A DNA stretch of 64,000 bases from positions 383,484 to 447,483 of the forward strand of contig NIVC01000763.1 of the NCBI GenBank assembly GCA_002269645.1, given 5' to 3'. Shown here piece by piece: positions 22,101 to 32,870 of this stretch (positions are counted from its first letter, which is position 1; each line of letters starts with the position of its first letter). Source of the DNA: Macrostomum lignano. Lineage: Eukaryota. The translations under genes were made by a program, and so were the position numbers. The notes beneath the pieces are model-generated. The model searched no databases. It was not told the DNA's origin and saw only the letters and a program-made list of their open reading frames with translations.

Positions 22101-24059
22101 TCCGAAGTTCTGGTGCGCATCGAACTGCTTTCGTAAGTCGGACGGAACATTTCGATTTGCTGGAATTTGTCTTGTTAGGCGTGCGTTCTGACCCCTCCCA
22201 CCTCTGAGGCCACTTGTGGTCGGCGCGAGTTGTACCTTGTTGTTGTTGTTGCTAGACTTTTGTACTCGCAAATCATTATACGAGCTACTAGTCGAACAAG
22301 AAAAGTTTTTAGAAAAATTTCTTCATTTTACAAGCAGACAGCTGCAAGAAGAGTCCCAGTCTAAGTTCGAGGAGCTACAGCGTTCGATGCAGAACTGGAG
22401 ACTGCAAGACGTCAAGTCCAACTTCAAGGCCAACCAAGTGCGTCTTAAAGTTTGCTTTAGTTGCTATATAGCAGCAGTTATTATTGAACAGTAACAAAAC
22501 TCATCATGAAAATTTTCCTACTCCTGTAAAATCACAGAAAGCACCGCAACTGCTGTTCTACGACAAATATTCTCTGTCAATCATGCACAGCGTCACAGGA
22601 GGACCGGCCGTGTCAACGCGAACTCAATATGTTCCAGAAACCACTCAGACGGAGGAACAGTACAGCATCAATACCCATGGCCGACAGTTTCATACTTCCG
22701 TAAGCGATTCAAAAACGACGGTAAGGTACAGCTTCACCAGCTCCAGCCAAATGGCCACAGAGAAGCAGCAGATCGACGACACATTCTCTCCGGAATTCCA
22801 AGCAGCAGTGCTAAAGTACTCTGAAGCACACAAGTTGGAGTTTTCTGCTCTCGTTTCGTCATGGAGTGGGTTCAACGACCAAGTTCATCGCTACGTAGAG
22901 GCCAAAACTTCTAAATTTTCAGACTCCTTTACCTCATGGGACGGATTCGACGAACAAGTCCGCCGTTACGTAGAGCAGTACACTTCGAGATTCTGTGTCA
23001 TATTTACCTCATGGAGTGGGTTCGATTCTCAAGTTCGGCAAGTGTAGTCAAGTGTACTAAGACATGAAGGCGAATTCGCTACACTAATTCTTGGAGTGAA
23101 CTCTAGTCTCTAAGCAAAAGAATGAAGAAAAGTTCACCGCTCAACTCACCGTCAAGACAACGACGCCGGACACCTCATCGTCGGAATTCCGCGCATTAGT
23201 GCTGGAGTACAAGTCTTCAGTACAAGGTTTCAAATCTGAAGTACGGCGCTACCTGAAAGAGAGAACATCAGAATTCGCTGACATTTTTGTGTCGTGGAGC
23301 GGTTTTTGAAGCTCAAGTTCGGCAGTATGTTCGGACTCACGAATAGAAGGTTACCGAGTTGAAACAGCCTGATTCTTCGTCGAAGGAGTTTCGCTCTATA
23401 ATTCTTAAGTACGTTCGAGAGCACTTCTCAGAATTGTGTCTGATCTTTACGTCTTGGAGCGTTTTTAGGCCGGTATGCTCTCCAGCACGATACAGAATTT
23501 ATTGCTTTGCTTGGCTGCATTGGCAAAAAAGGTAACCAAACTTCGCAAGTTATTTTACGCTCGTATCGATTGGCTGTTGTAACGATATCGCACTGATTTA
23601 TGAAACGGAACCAAAAAGCGATTTCGATGAAGGAATTACGAAGCTTGAATTCTTGTTTACGATCCATCCAAGCAAACCGTCTGTTGGAATGAATCAGTTC
23701 CAAAATCCAAAATGATGTTAGAATCAAATAAAGCTGACGAAGGACTTGAAAGAAATTTGTCTGACTTGAGCACAGATATCTCGTTCATTCATCGACAATT
23801 CTCTGCATCATCTGGCGACGTCAGAACAACCGAAACAAGAGAGTACACGTCATTCGGATCTCGAAGAGAGTCGGTTTTTGTCGGTGTACAGGGCATTGTA
23901 TCGGGAGCTGGGTCACGCACCGTTAACATCGGCGGATCGGACGGAGAGATGCTAGACTTGTCCAGCTCGAAAACTACCCGATATTCAGCCTTCGAGAGAG
24001 AGTCGTATAAAACATCGGATACAGTGAAAACGACCGAAAGCAGCGAGCAAATTTCGTAA
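19194..24059 (+). pseudogene. Plakin-family-like gene (spectrin-like helices, plakin SH3, coiled coil, SWxGF repeats) with multiple lesions
   Basis: Exon-like blocks at ~19300-19706, 19830-20038, 20998-21152, 21323-21432, ~21633-21781, ~21936-22131, ~22336-22438 and ~22527-24059. Plakin motifs include HGTWSWVSQL..ADYQAFHH and EPGEQVTVIDNSQSYSWTVRRSGGSEVEVPSTCIWLPPADPEAV. There is an in-frame TGA at 19683-19685, frameshifts near 19890, ~22050 and 23310, and stops at 23045 and ~23343. Confidence 0.7.
20205..20560. repeat. 21-bp minisatellite (cccacccaatctacccaaaag)
   Basis: Period ~21 in an intron of the plakin-like gene. Confidence 0.9.
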
Positions 24060-24224
24060 ACCTGTCGGACTAAAATTGTCTTGTTTAATTATTAACGCTC
24101 AGACATTTTTATTTTTGTTTTTAGTTTTGTTTTCGAGACTACCGTTTTTTCTGCAGCAGAATAACCCGTAACAACTTCTGTTTTAGGCCTAGATTATCTG
24201 CTCACGAGCGTAATTATTTATGTA

Positions 24225-24303
24225 ATAGATATATCATGGTTTTTAGGTCGGTATGTGTTTAAATCCCGAGAAATACCGACCATAAAAACCACGATAAATC
24301 TAT
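24225..24303. other. ~30-bp-arm imperfect inverted repeat upstream of the tyrosine recombinase ORF
   Basis: atagatatatcatggtttttaggtcggtat (24225-24254), an 18-bp spacer, then ataccgaccataaaaaccacgataaatctat (24273-24303). Confidence 0.8.
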
Positions 24304-24517
24304 CCTATACTACTTTCATTTCCGGGATTTATTGGAAAAAATCCCTGAAATGTTTTATTCCTTCCTTCCTTGCTTCCTTCGCTAATTTTGTCTATGGCTG
24401 CGAGTCTACGTAATACCAGCCTGTATAAGACTAGCAGCACAGAGGTCTGATCCGGGCAATTATTTATTCTTTCTAACAGCTCTCGCCCGACTCGCCCGAC
24501 TTCTGAGCAGTGTTTAG

Positions 24518-25410
24518 ATGGAGCCAGATTCTGTCATTTTAAACCCACTGGTGGACTATAGCGCCGACTTCGTTGGAGACTACGATCCTAATCGCCTTTC
24601 GGCAGTAGATTTGGAAGAAATACTACGTGAAGGGTTGGATTGCCGGGACCCGTATGCTCTCCAGCAACTTCGAGAAGTCCGTGGCAATTCTGAGGCAGCA
24701 TTGGATAAAATTCGCAATCTCAATCGGAGCACGAAGGCTCAAAACACTCTACTCATAAAACGCAACAAGTGGGCCGTTAAAGCGTTCAACCGATGGCTTC
24801 AAGAGTCTGGCATCGAATGCACTGTGTCTCTGCAAGACATGAACGACTCCGATCTCAATTGTCTGCTGCCAAGGTTCATACACAAAGTCACTCGTACGGA
24901 CGGCTCAAAATATCCTGCCGGTACACTCGTATCGTTGATCGGTGGATTGCAGCAGACTGTCTCGGACGTGCGACACGTCGACTTCTTTCGAGGAAATGAG
25001 TTCCGGCTCATCACAGAGAGTCTAGACGCTGCGATGAAGATCGCTACGCGAGAGGGAAGAGGATTGCAAACAAAATCCGCTGGTGTGATCAGTACGACTG
25101 ATGAGGAGAAGCTGTGGGATACCGTGCTCGGTGATGACACACAGAAGAAGTTGCTGAGAACTCTCTTTTATTTAAATAGGCTCCATTTTGCCCTTCGATG
25201 TGGTGAAGAACACGCTGGTCTTACTACTGATCAGTTGTCAGTTGAGATTCGAAGCGGCAAGAAGTGCCTGGTGTACAGAGAAGTACATTCCAAGACCAAC
25301 AATGGAGGCCTCGCAATTCGAGTGAAGCCGAAGGAAGTAGTGCACTTCGAATCCACTGATCCTGGCAGGTGCCATGTCCGGCTATTTGAGGACTATATGA
25401 CCAAGCGTCC
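24518..25410 (+). mobile_element. Crypton-type tyrosine recombinase (DUF3504/ZMYM-QRICH1-like), 3'-truncated
   Basis: LNCLLPRFIHKVTRTDGSKYPAGTLVSLIGGLQ, DEEKLW, FALRCGEEH, SKTNNGGL, CHVRLFEDYMTKRP. After ~25410 the ORF reads through antisense gypsy RT, and the H-x-x-R/Tyr catalytic half is absent. Confidence 0.8.
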
Positions 25411-25960
25411 GGGCTGGATGCCCACAGAGGAGATCTTGAACCGCAAGAAGGAGATGACGTCGCAATAGTCTATACATTTAGCTTCATTGATTGTCACCCG
25501 TTTCTCTCGCAATCGCGTTTTGACTGCAGCCAGTCGCTTTTCCAATGCAGCAGCATTCTCGGCGAAGACGAGGATGTCATCCTGATAGATTAGAAGACTC
25601 TCGATGTCGGATAGAATGTTCTCCATAGTGCGCTGAAATATAAATTAGGCATTCTTCATGCCTATTTGAAGCCTTTTGACCTTCATGTATAAACCACGTG
25701 AAGTACGAGCGTATTAATCGTTGAGAGTTCTTGAGCAGCTTCATCAAGCTCTATCTGCCAATAGGCTGAGCAAAGGTCGATGGTAGCGAACTTCTTTGCG
25801 TTCTTCAGCTTGGAGAACATTAATTCGGTCTTAGGAATTGGGTAGGAGTCACTCTTGATTTTTGCATTGACGTGCAGCAAATGGCCCTGTCGAGACGAGT
25901 TCTCGACAGGGCCATTAATCGGCTCAATGACACCGAGTTGGTGCAGTCTTTCCATTTCTG
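25393..25960 (-). mobile_element. Ty3/gypsy reverse transcriptase fragment
   Basis: DSYPIP, FATIDLCSAYWQIEL, LLIYQDDILVF, INEAKC on the minus strand, with stops and frameshifts. Confidence 0.85.
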
Positions 25961-26011
25961 CATGGACCTGAGAACACGGCCAATGGGGCCAAGTCTGTCC
26001 AGGCTCGAAGT

Positions 26012-26580
26012 CTACAAAAATGATCTACAGAATCTGCCAGAAAATATACTCGAAACACTGTTTATACAATACTTTGCAAAACCAGCAGCGGCCGCTGCGT
26101 CTACACAGCAGCATCCCGATGGTGCCAAGTGGCTCTTCAGTCCCTCCTTCAGGAACCTGTTGAGACGCTCAACGCTGGAATTCCCCTGGGGATACATGTA
26201 ATAGGCTGGCGACCTGCGGTGCTCGATGCCTTGGCTGATGAGGAACTCCTCGAACTAGCCCGACGTGAACTGAGGCCCACCGTCCGTATTGATGACCTTC
26301 GGAAGTCCCCATCACATGGCGAAGAGCGATTTAAGGACGCTGATAACTTGCGATGACGTCACAGATGGCAGACAAGTGAACTCTGGCTACTTGGAGTGCA
26401 AATCGAGAACTGCCGTGACAAACCGACAGGTTTGCGTCGCCGGAGCCGTCAACTCTCCGATGATGTCGATTTGCACCTCACTCCACGGCAGCACTCTTGT
26501 CAATTTTTTTATGTTTTCTCTCTCGTTCTTCCGTCTCTCTCTTTGACGATGTCTCCGATCGTCTATGCTTCTAATCAATT
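26012..26580 (-). mobile_element. Ty3/gypsy integrase core fragment
   Basis: LPWSEVQIDIIG, VLDLHSK, NTDGGPQF-like segment, PQGNSSVERLNRFLKEGL. Confidence 0.8.
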
Positions 26581-26999
26581 AAATAAGTCGTAGGTTCGAT
26601 ACGTTTCTTTCGATCTTTAACCCTCAACATGGATGTTTATTTCTAATTCCTAATGATTGCAAGTTCAAATAAGGTAATTAAACACGAAAATGTATTCCGC
26701 AATTCAGTGGAATGAGAGCCACAGGCTCTTATCGATACTGTTGTACGAGTACTTCGATATCTTGACGTGTGTCCAGATTGGTCTCTTCGTTGGATCGGGA
26801 TATTAGGGTCTGGGCTTGATTGTTGGATGATAACTCTGGATGGAGGGCGGAGCAGGAGTAGAGGAGCAGTGGGAGCGGGAGCTTCATTCTCACTGAACGC
26901 TAGTATATATAAGATTTCTATAACACATTTCATTGTTGTTCGCTTCACGCAATAGGATCTCTACTGCCGCACAAGCAAGTGCTGTACTTTCGTGATAGA

Positions 27000-28025
27000 A
27001 AACCTGAAGTTTGCCATAGACTAAAAAATGGCATTTCGGTAAAAAGTGTTTAGATTAGGATCACTTCACTTGGAGGCTTGAATGATTTCTCACTCACGGC
27101 GCAAGGCTCGCAATTCTTAATGAAGGCCTCGACGTCTCGATCGAAGTTCGGCCACTAGACAGCTTCTCCACAGTGCTACTTTGTTCGACTGATGCCGAGG
27201 TAACCGAAGTGAGCCAGGTTCAGCACTGTCTCCTGCAGCGCCGGCGGAATGACTGCCAGCTTTGTTGTTCCACATTGATAACTATCCACGGACCTTTCAG
27301 AAAGGTAGCAGCTCCGCTTCCAGCTGCTTGCTTAATTCTGGCCAGCCACTGAGTCATCTGCATCGCCTGCCGCAGAACGGTATCTTTCCGGGTTGCCGCA
27401 GCTAACTTTTCGTCGGACACCGGTTGAGTGCTCCAGATAGGAGGATCACATTGAAAGCCTGATCGCCGCAAACGCTGTTGTCTTCGGTTTCAGCTTCTTC
27501 GGTCGGGCATTGGGACAGAAAATCTGGGACGAGCCTCAACTGCTTAATGTTGCTGCTTCGTCGTCCATTGCCATGGCGCGTCTTTTCGCAGTAGCTGAAG
27601 TAAAGACTCCGCCACTGTCGACAGGTTGTCCAAGAAGTGGCCATAGAACTTCACCATGCCGAGAAACGAGGCGAACTTCTGGCACTTTGGATTCTTGATT
27701 TTTGTGGACATCCACGTTGGATGTGATTGGCCGGAGGCCCTCACTGCTGAGAACTTAGCCAAGGAACTCCACGCGGTCTCTAGCACCACTGGCATTTCTC
27801 TAGGTTTAGCGTGATGTGGGCTTCTTGAGACGCTAGGACTGCCAGGACAGCCTTCCTTCTCGTGCTCACTTCTGGATGCTGAGTGGACCACGTGTCATCG
27901 ATATAATGCACGACGCCCCTAGATTTTCTCCCCGGCACCTTTGAAAGCACCTTTTGAAAAGCAGCCGGCGCACTATTCATCGCTCTGGGAAGACCAGGCA
28001 GTGGCAGATAAACATTAAACCGCAC
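27000..28025 (-). mobile_element. Ty3/gypsy RT-RNase H-integrase N-terminal remnant, heavily deleted
   Basis: NSAPAAFQKVL..HYIDD, SFLGMVKFYGHFLDNLSTVAESLLQLLRKDAPWQW, LSDFLS-like RNase H end, VEAFIKNCEPC. Confidence 0.75.
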
Positions 28026-28064
28026 TGTCGACCACGACAGTGCGGTTCCGGATCATAAAAATGA

Positions 28065-28253
28065 TCAACCGGACAACGTGAGGGTGCGTGGATCTGGATT
28101 CCAGGGCTCTGCAAAAGGCCTCGAAAATGAACTTACATGTAACTTGTCGAAGGCCCCCTCAATGTCCAGGAAAAGCAAGAGGGAAAAGCCGCTGTCATGA
28201 ACGGCCCTCTCCAGGAAGTCAACGATGATAACGATGGCACAGATAGTCACCAC
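28065..28253 (-). mobile_element. Non-LTR retrotransposon RT fragment
   Basis: VDFLERAVHDSGFSLLLFLDIEGAFDKL, the same region as LVDKLEKAVLGNGFALGIFLDIIGAFDNV in the LINE at 54.9 kb. Confidence 0.7.
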
Positions 28254-28608
28254 GCCATTTTGTGCAGGGGCAACAGCCCCGGCCGTCTTTTACTTTCGCA
28301 CGTTTAATTGTTTTCTAAGAAATTTGTAAGTTTCTGTAAAGCTGCGTGTATTCTGCATGAATGCTTGGTTACGAGTCTACTGCATCTGCCCTACTCTGAC
28401 TGAACATGCACTCACTGACTGAGTCCTACCTACCCGACTGATACAAGTCAGAGACTGTGCCGGCACCCGACGACAAATGGCTAGCCGGGCCAAAAGCTTT
28501 CAAAATCATCGGGCTAACCGGCAGGAAAGCGCGCTCTCGAGCTCTCGCTTCTCCCGGCTAGACGGGCCCAAAGCGCGCTCCCATACAATCAAATGGGAGT
28601 GTATCAAT

Positions 28609-30165
28609 TGAAAGCTTTTACGGGTGTTTAATAACAATTTGCAGTAGAAAAATCGACGTTTGTTAATATTAATTCGCTTGCATGTAATTTGAAAACAAAA
28701 TTTACAGGAATGAGGGTTCCTGTGTTCAACGTTCAACAAAAGCTTCTAAGGCTGCCTATAGTTTAAAGCCTGTCACGTGTGAGTTAATTAATAATACAGG
28801 CATTTGAAATATAAATATAGGTCTAATATGATGAGAAGTATCTTATAAGCTACTTTTATTCAATTATAAAAAGGCTTCAATTCAATTAAATTCTATTATT
28901 TTGCTATAGCCATATGTATGTAGGAAAGCCTATTGATTGAGCACTAAGCCTAGCTTATTGACTTGGTCTTAATGAATAGATTTAGCTAACTTACTAGATA
29001 AGAGCCTTAAAATTTTTGTTTTTTCTATCTACTTTATGTATACCATTAGGCCTGGACTAAATAACAAACTATAAAACTAAGCCTACAATATTTTATAAAA
29101 TACCTGATCCTTGACTTATTTTCCTTTCATTAGTTCCCCTCTCCCCTAACCTTGGATTTCCTCCCTCTAACCCTAGCTTCTCTCCACCCTGACCCTGGCT
29201 TCCCTCCCCTGACCCTGGCTTACCTCCCCAGACCCTGGCTTCCCTCCCCCTGACTCTAGCTTCTCTCCTTACTGACCCTGGCTTCCCTCCTCCCCTGACC
29301 CTGGCTTCCCTCCCCTGACCCTGGCTTTTCTCCCCCCTGACCCTGGCTTCCCTCCCCAGACCCTGGCTTCCCTCCCCCTGACTCTAGCTTCTCTCCTTAC
29401 TGACCCTGGCTTCCCTCCTCCCCTGACCCTGGCTTCCCTCCCCTGACCATGGCTTCTCTCCTCCCCTGACCCTGGCTTCCCTCCCCAGACCCTGGCTTCC
29501 CTCCTCCCCTGACCCTGGCTTCTCTCCCCCTGACACTGGCTTCCCTCCCTTGACCTTGGCTTCTCTCCCCTGACCCTGGCTTCTCTCCTCCCCTGACCCT
29601 GGCTTACCTCCCCAGACCCTGGCTTCCCTCCCCCTGACTCTAGCTTCTCTCCCTTGATCTTGGCTTCTCTCCCCCAGACCCTGGCTTCCCTCCCTTGACT
29701 TTGGCTTCTCTCCTCCCCTGACCCTGGCTTCCCTCCCCAGACCCTGGCTTCCCTCCCCCTGACTCTAGCTTCTCTCCTTACTGACCCTGGCTTCCCTCCC
29801 CTGACCCTGGCTTCCCTCCCCTGACCCTGGCTTCCCTCCTCCCCTGACCCTGGCTTCTCTCCCTTGGCTTCTCTCCCCCTGACCCTGGCTTCCCTCCCTT
29901 GACCTTGGCTTCTCTCCTCCCCTGACCCTGGCTTCTCTCCCCTGACCCTGGCTTCCCTCCCCTGACCCTAGCTTCTCTCCCCCTGACCCTGGCTTCTCTC
30001 CCCCTTGACCCCTGGCTTCCCTCTCCTGACCCATGGCTTTCTCCGCCCTCTGCTAAAGTAGTCTCGTATTAGTACCAAGCAGCACAGCTTATTGAAAGCA
30101 CATTCTTCCTTCAGAAAAAGCTACCGGTGAAGCCCAGCTGCTGTACCATTGGCACCTTTGCTTTG
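28609..30165 (+). repeat. Left arm of a long inverted repeat (contains a ccctgaccctggcttc minisatellite at ~29150-30045)
   Basis: Reverse complement of 40535-42322; the unique AT-rich part differs by only a few substitutions and indels. Confidence 0.93.
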
Positions 30166-30610
30166 GTCTCCGCCTCGAACAACGCTGCTGCGGCCGGGAC
30201 TGCCGCTGGTTCTGCTTAAGCAGCCGCCTCGAACAACGCTACAGTCGGTGCAAAGCGTACCATAACCTTCAGCAATGCGGTCATCGTATCAAAGTTAGCT
30301 CAGAATGGAACTGTCGTTGAAAGGATTTTGTTTTGAGCTGTCAGCAAATGGAAATTCGTATCATTGACAGTTCATGTTAGCTTTATTTACAGTAAATTTT
30401 TAACTTTGTTTATCTGTACCTTTTACCCTTGCTCTACTTTTATCCATAACTTGTTAGTTTCTTGCTCATGTACTCTATGCATGCACATATACATGCATTA
30501 GTACTTCCGATCACCGTTAGTGAGGTTTCACAAGTCACCAATAGCCATAACACAAAAGCCATGCATTGACAAGCCATATCTAATTTTGGCAGAGGCGAGG
30601 AGAGCCGTAA

Positions 30611-30945
30611 GATGGCGGGAGCTGAGAGCGGGAAGGTGGCGGGAGCTGAGAGCGGGAAGGTGGCGGGAGCTGAGAGCGGGAAGGTGGCGGGAGCTGAGAG
30701 CGGGAAGGTGGCGGGAGCTGAGAGCGGGAAGGTGGCGGGAGCTGAGAGCGGGAAGGTGGCGGGAGCTGAGAGCGGGAAGGTGTCGGGAGCTGAGAGCAGG
30801 AAGATGGCGGGAGCTGAGAGCGGGAAGGTGGCGGGAGCTGAGAGCGGGAAGGTGTCGGGAGCTGAGAGCGGGAAGGTGGCGGGAGCTGAGAGCGGGAAGG
30901 TGTCGGGAGCTGAGAGCGGGAAGGTGGCGGAAGTTGAGAGCTGAG
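30611..30945. repeat. 24-bp minisatellite (ggcgggagctgagagcgggaaggt)
   Basis: About 14 copies. Confidence 0.95.
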
Positions 30946-32561
30946 AGGTTTGACCAAAGGACTGTCGTAGCGCTCTAACAGTGTGGCTGAACTGACCACT
31001 TGTACCTTCTGCATATTTTATATTTTGGTCAAAAAATCATAAGTTGACTTGTAGGTGTTCACGTCGTGGTACGTTCGTTTTTGCGGCTGTTGCTAAGTCT
31101 TGTGGAATTGTTAAATCGAATTGTCCGTGTTCTTTTCTCGTTTTTTATTATAGTGTGCCATTTAGTGTACCTGAATTGTGCCATTTTTTAAAAAAGAACG
31201 ACCTCCTCCGCTCCAGAGGAGCCAGTTCCTCTGGCGCCAACTCTAGCCAGAGAAGTGCTTTGGGAACTTCCTGTACTAGGGGAATATAGCTGTGTAACGC
31301 TATTTTTAAGACCTTAAGTATGCTCTAATAAACTTGTTTTAGTTCGTTTGTTAAAAAACTAGGACATGCTAAAAAGCCTTAGTGATGAAAGCGCCACATA
31401 CAATTACGTATGTACTCTTGTACATACGTACATGCTGGCTGCATGTAACGAGTTACTGTCGATTTCAAACAATTAAATAAATATTTCTTCCAGCGCTTAT
31501 GTGACTTCTGCGATATAATGTACCTGCATTGAGTAAGGTGGTGTGGTGGGTGCTGAGTTGTGTGGTGTACAATAGAATACATTCTAGAAAGTGGTATAAA
31601 TCGATATACATGCACTATACACTGTAGCTCGTCGATATATTGGATCGAGTTCATGTATTTCGGGCTGTTAGAAAATGGATAGAATTTCGAGATTATTATC
31701 GATAGTAACTTGCGTTACTCGTACAGTACTTCATCACGCATAGCGCTATGCAACTCATTAAAAGATGAGATTAGGTGTTAGTGTGTTCTGTGTAGGTGCC
31801 AATGTTGGGGCGTAGCGAGGAGGGTTCATTAGCACTTGGGAGGCACCAATAAAGTACGGAAGCGATTCTGAATGGCTTCAATGGAATTTCTTATATTAAT
31901 ACGTACATGTAGAATTACACGGAAGACAGAACGGACGTCCCCATGTGACTCCTGCAGTTCCCTGAATTTAGTGCCTGCACCTCTGGACTGTTAAGAAATT
32001 TGGTTAAGAATCTTCTTTAAAATAAGAATCACAGCTTCATGCACGTGTGCTACGAGTAATTGCTTTCCAGGACGTGAACTCCGACTATACATGTAAGTGC
32101 AAAATGTATTGACATACAATAGAATATACCTGAACAGTTTCTACCTACAATAAGGTGCATACATGTACATGGCCATGTTTATCATGCCATATTGGTAACA
32201 TTATTTATGACTTGTGGAACTCACAAACTGTGATCGACGCATGTATCATATACGTACATCCCATGCATCATATAAACAGTTACATGAGCTAGAAATTACA
32301 TGTAACAGAATAATAGCCAAGTGACTTGACCATACGTACGTACGAAGAAGTACAAGCGATTACACATTGATTCCAGTGAAGACTCCCTAGAACTCGCTCT
32401 CTATATAGTATGCATCCTACTGTAATTTAGCTGAACACTCTCGGCTGTTGATAGTGTATGCTTGATTAGTGGTCAAGCTCCCCTGAACAAAACTAGCGGC
32501 TGATCCGGGTTTTTTATAGGTACACGCCAAAAGGCATAGCCGCCACGTACCAGAACAACAA

Positions 32562-32870
32562 CAACAGAATACGCAGTCAGCGTCACACGGCGCGCCTCAA
32601 GGCCAGGTCGCGAATGAACGCCACGCCGCCGGCTCCGGGGCGCCAGCATCAGCCAGCAGGCAGCTAGTCGAGTCGAAACGCCGAGTGCGCGCCTGTCCCC
32701 GCCGGTAGGGCCGGTGCCTGCAGCGTCAGCAGCAGCACCTCCTGCACCGGCTTTGGCCAGTACGATTTGGCGCGGATGATGTGGCCTGTCAGCTGGAGTC
32801 GCCGACGGCGCAACAGGTCGCTTGGACGGATCAGGCCGGCGCGGGGATACACGCCAGCCCACTCGTTGAA
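32562..32870 (-). mobile_element. 5'-truncated RTE-like LINE 3' end with a (GTT)n tail
   Basis: Minus strand SDLLRRRRLQLTGHIIRAKSYWPKPVQEVLL..LLADAG, then a stop and a ttgttgttgtt tail. Confidence 0.7.

Noticed and set aside
25411-25468. C-terminus of the 316-aa recombinase ORF as genuine
   Set aside because: It is the antisense reading of the gypsy RT fragment that truncates the gene.
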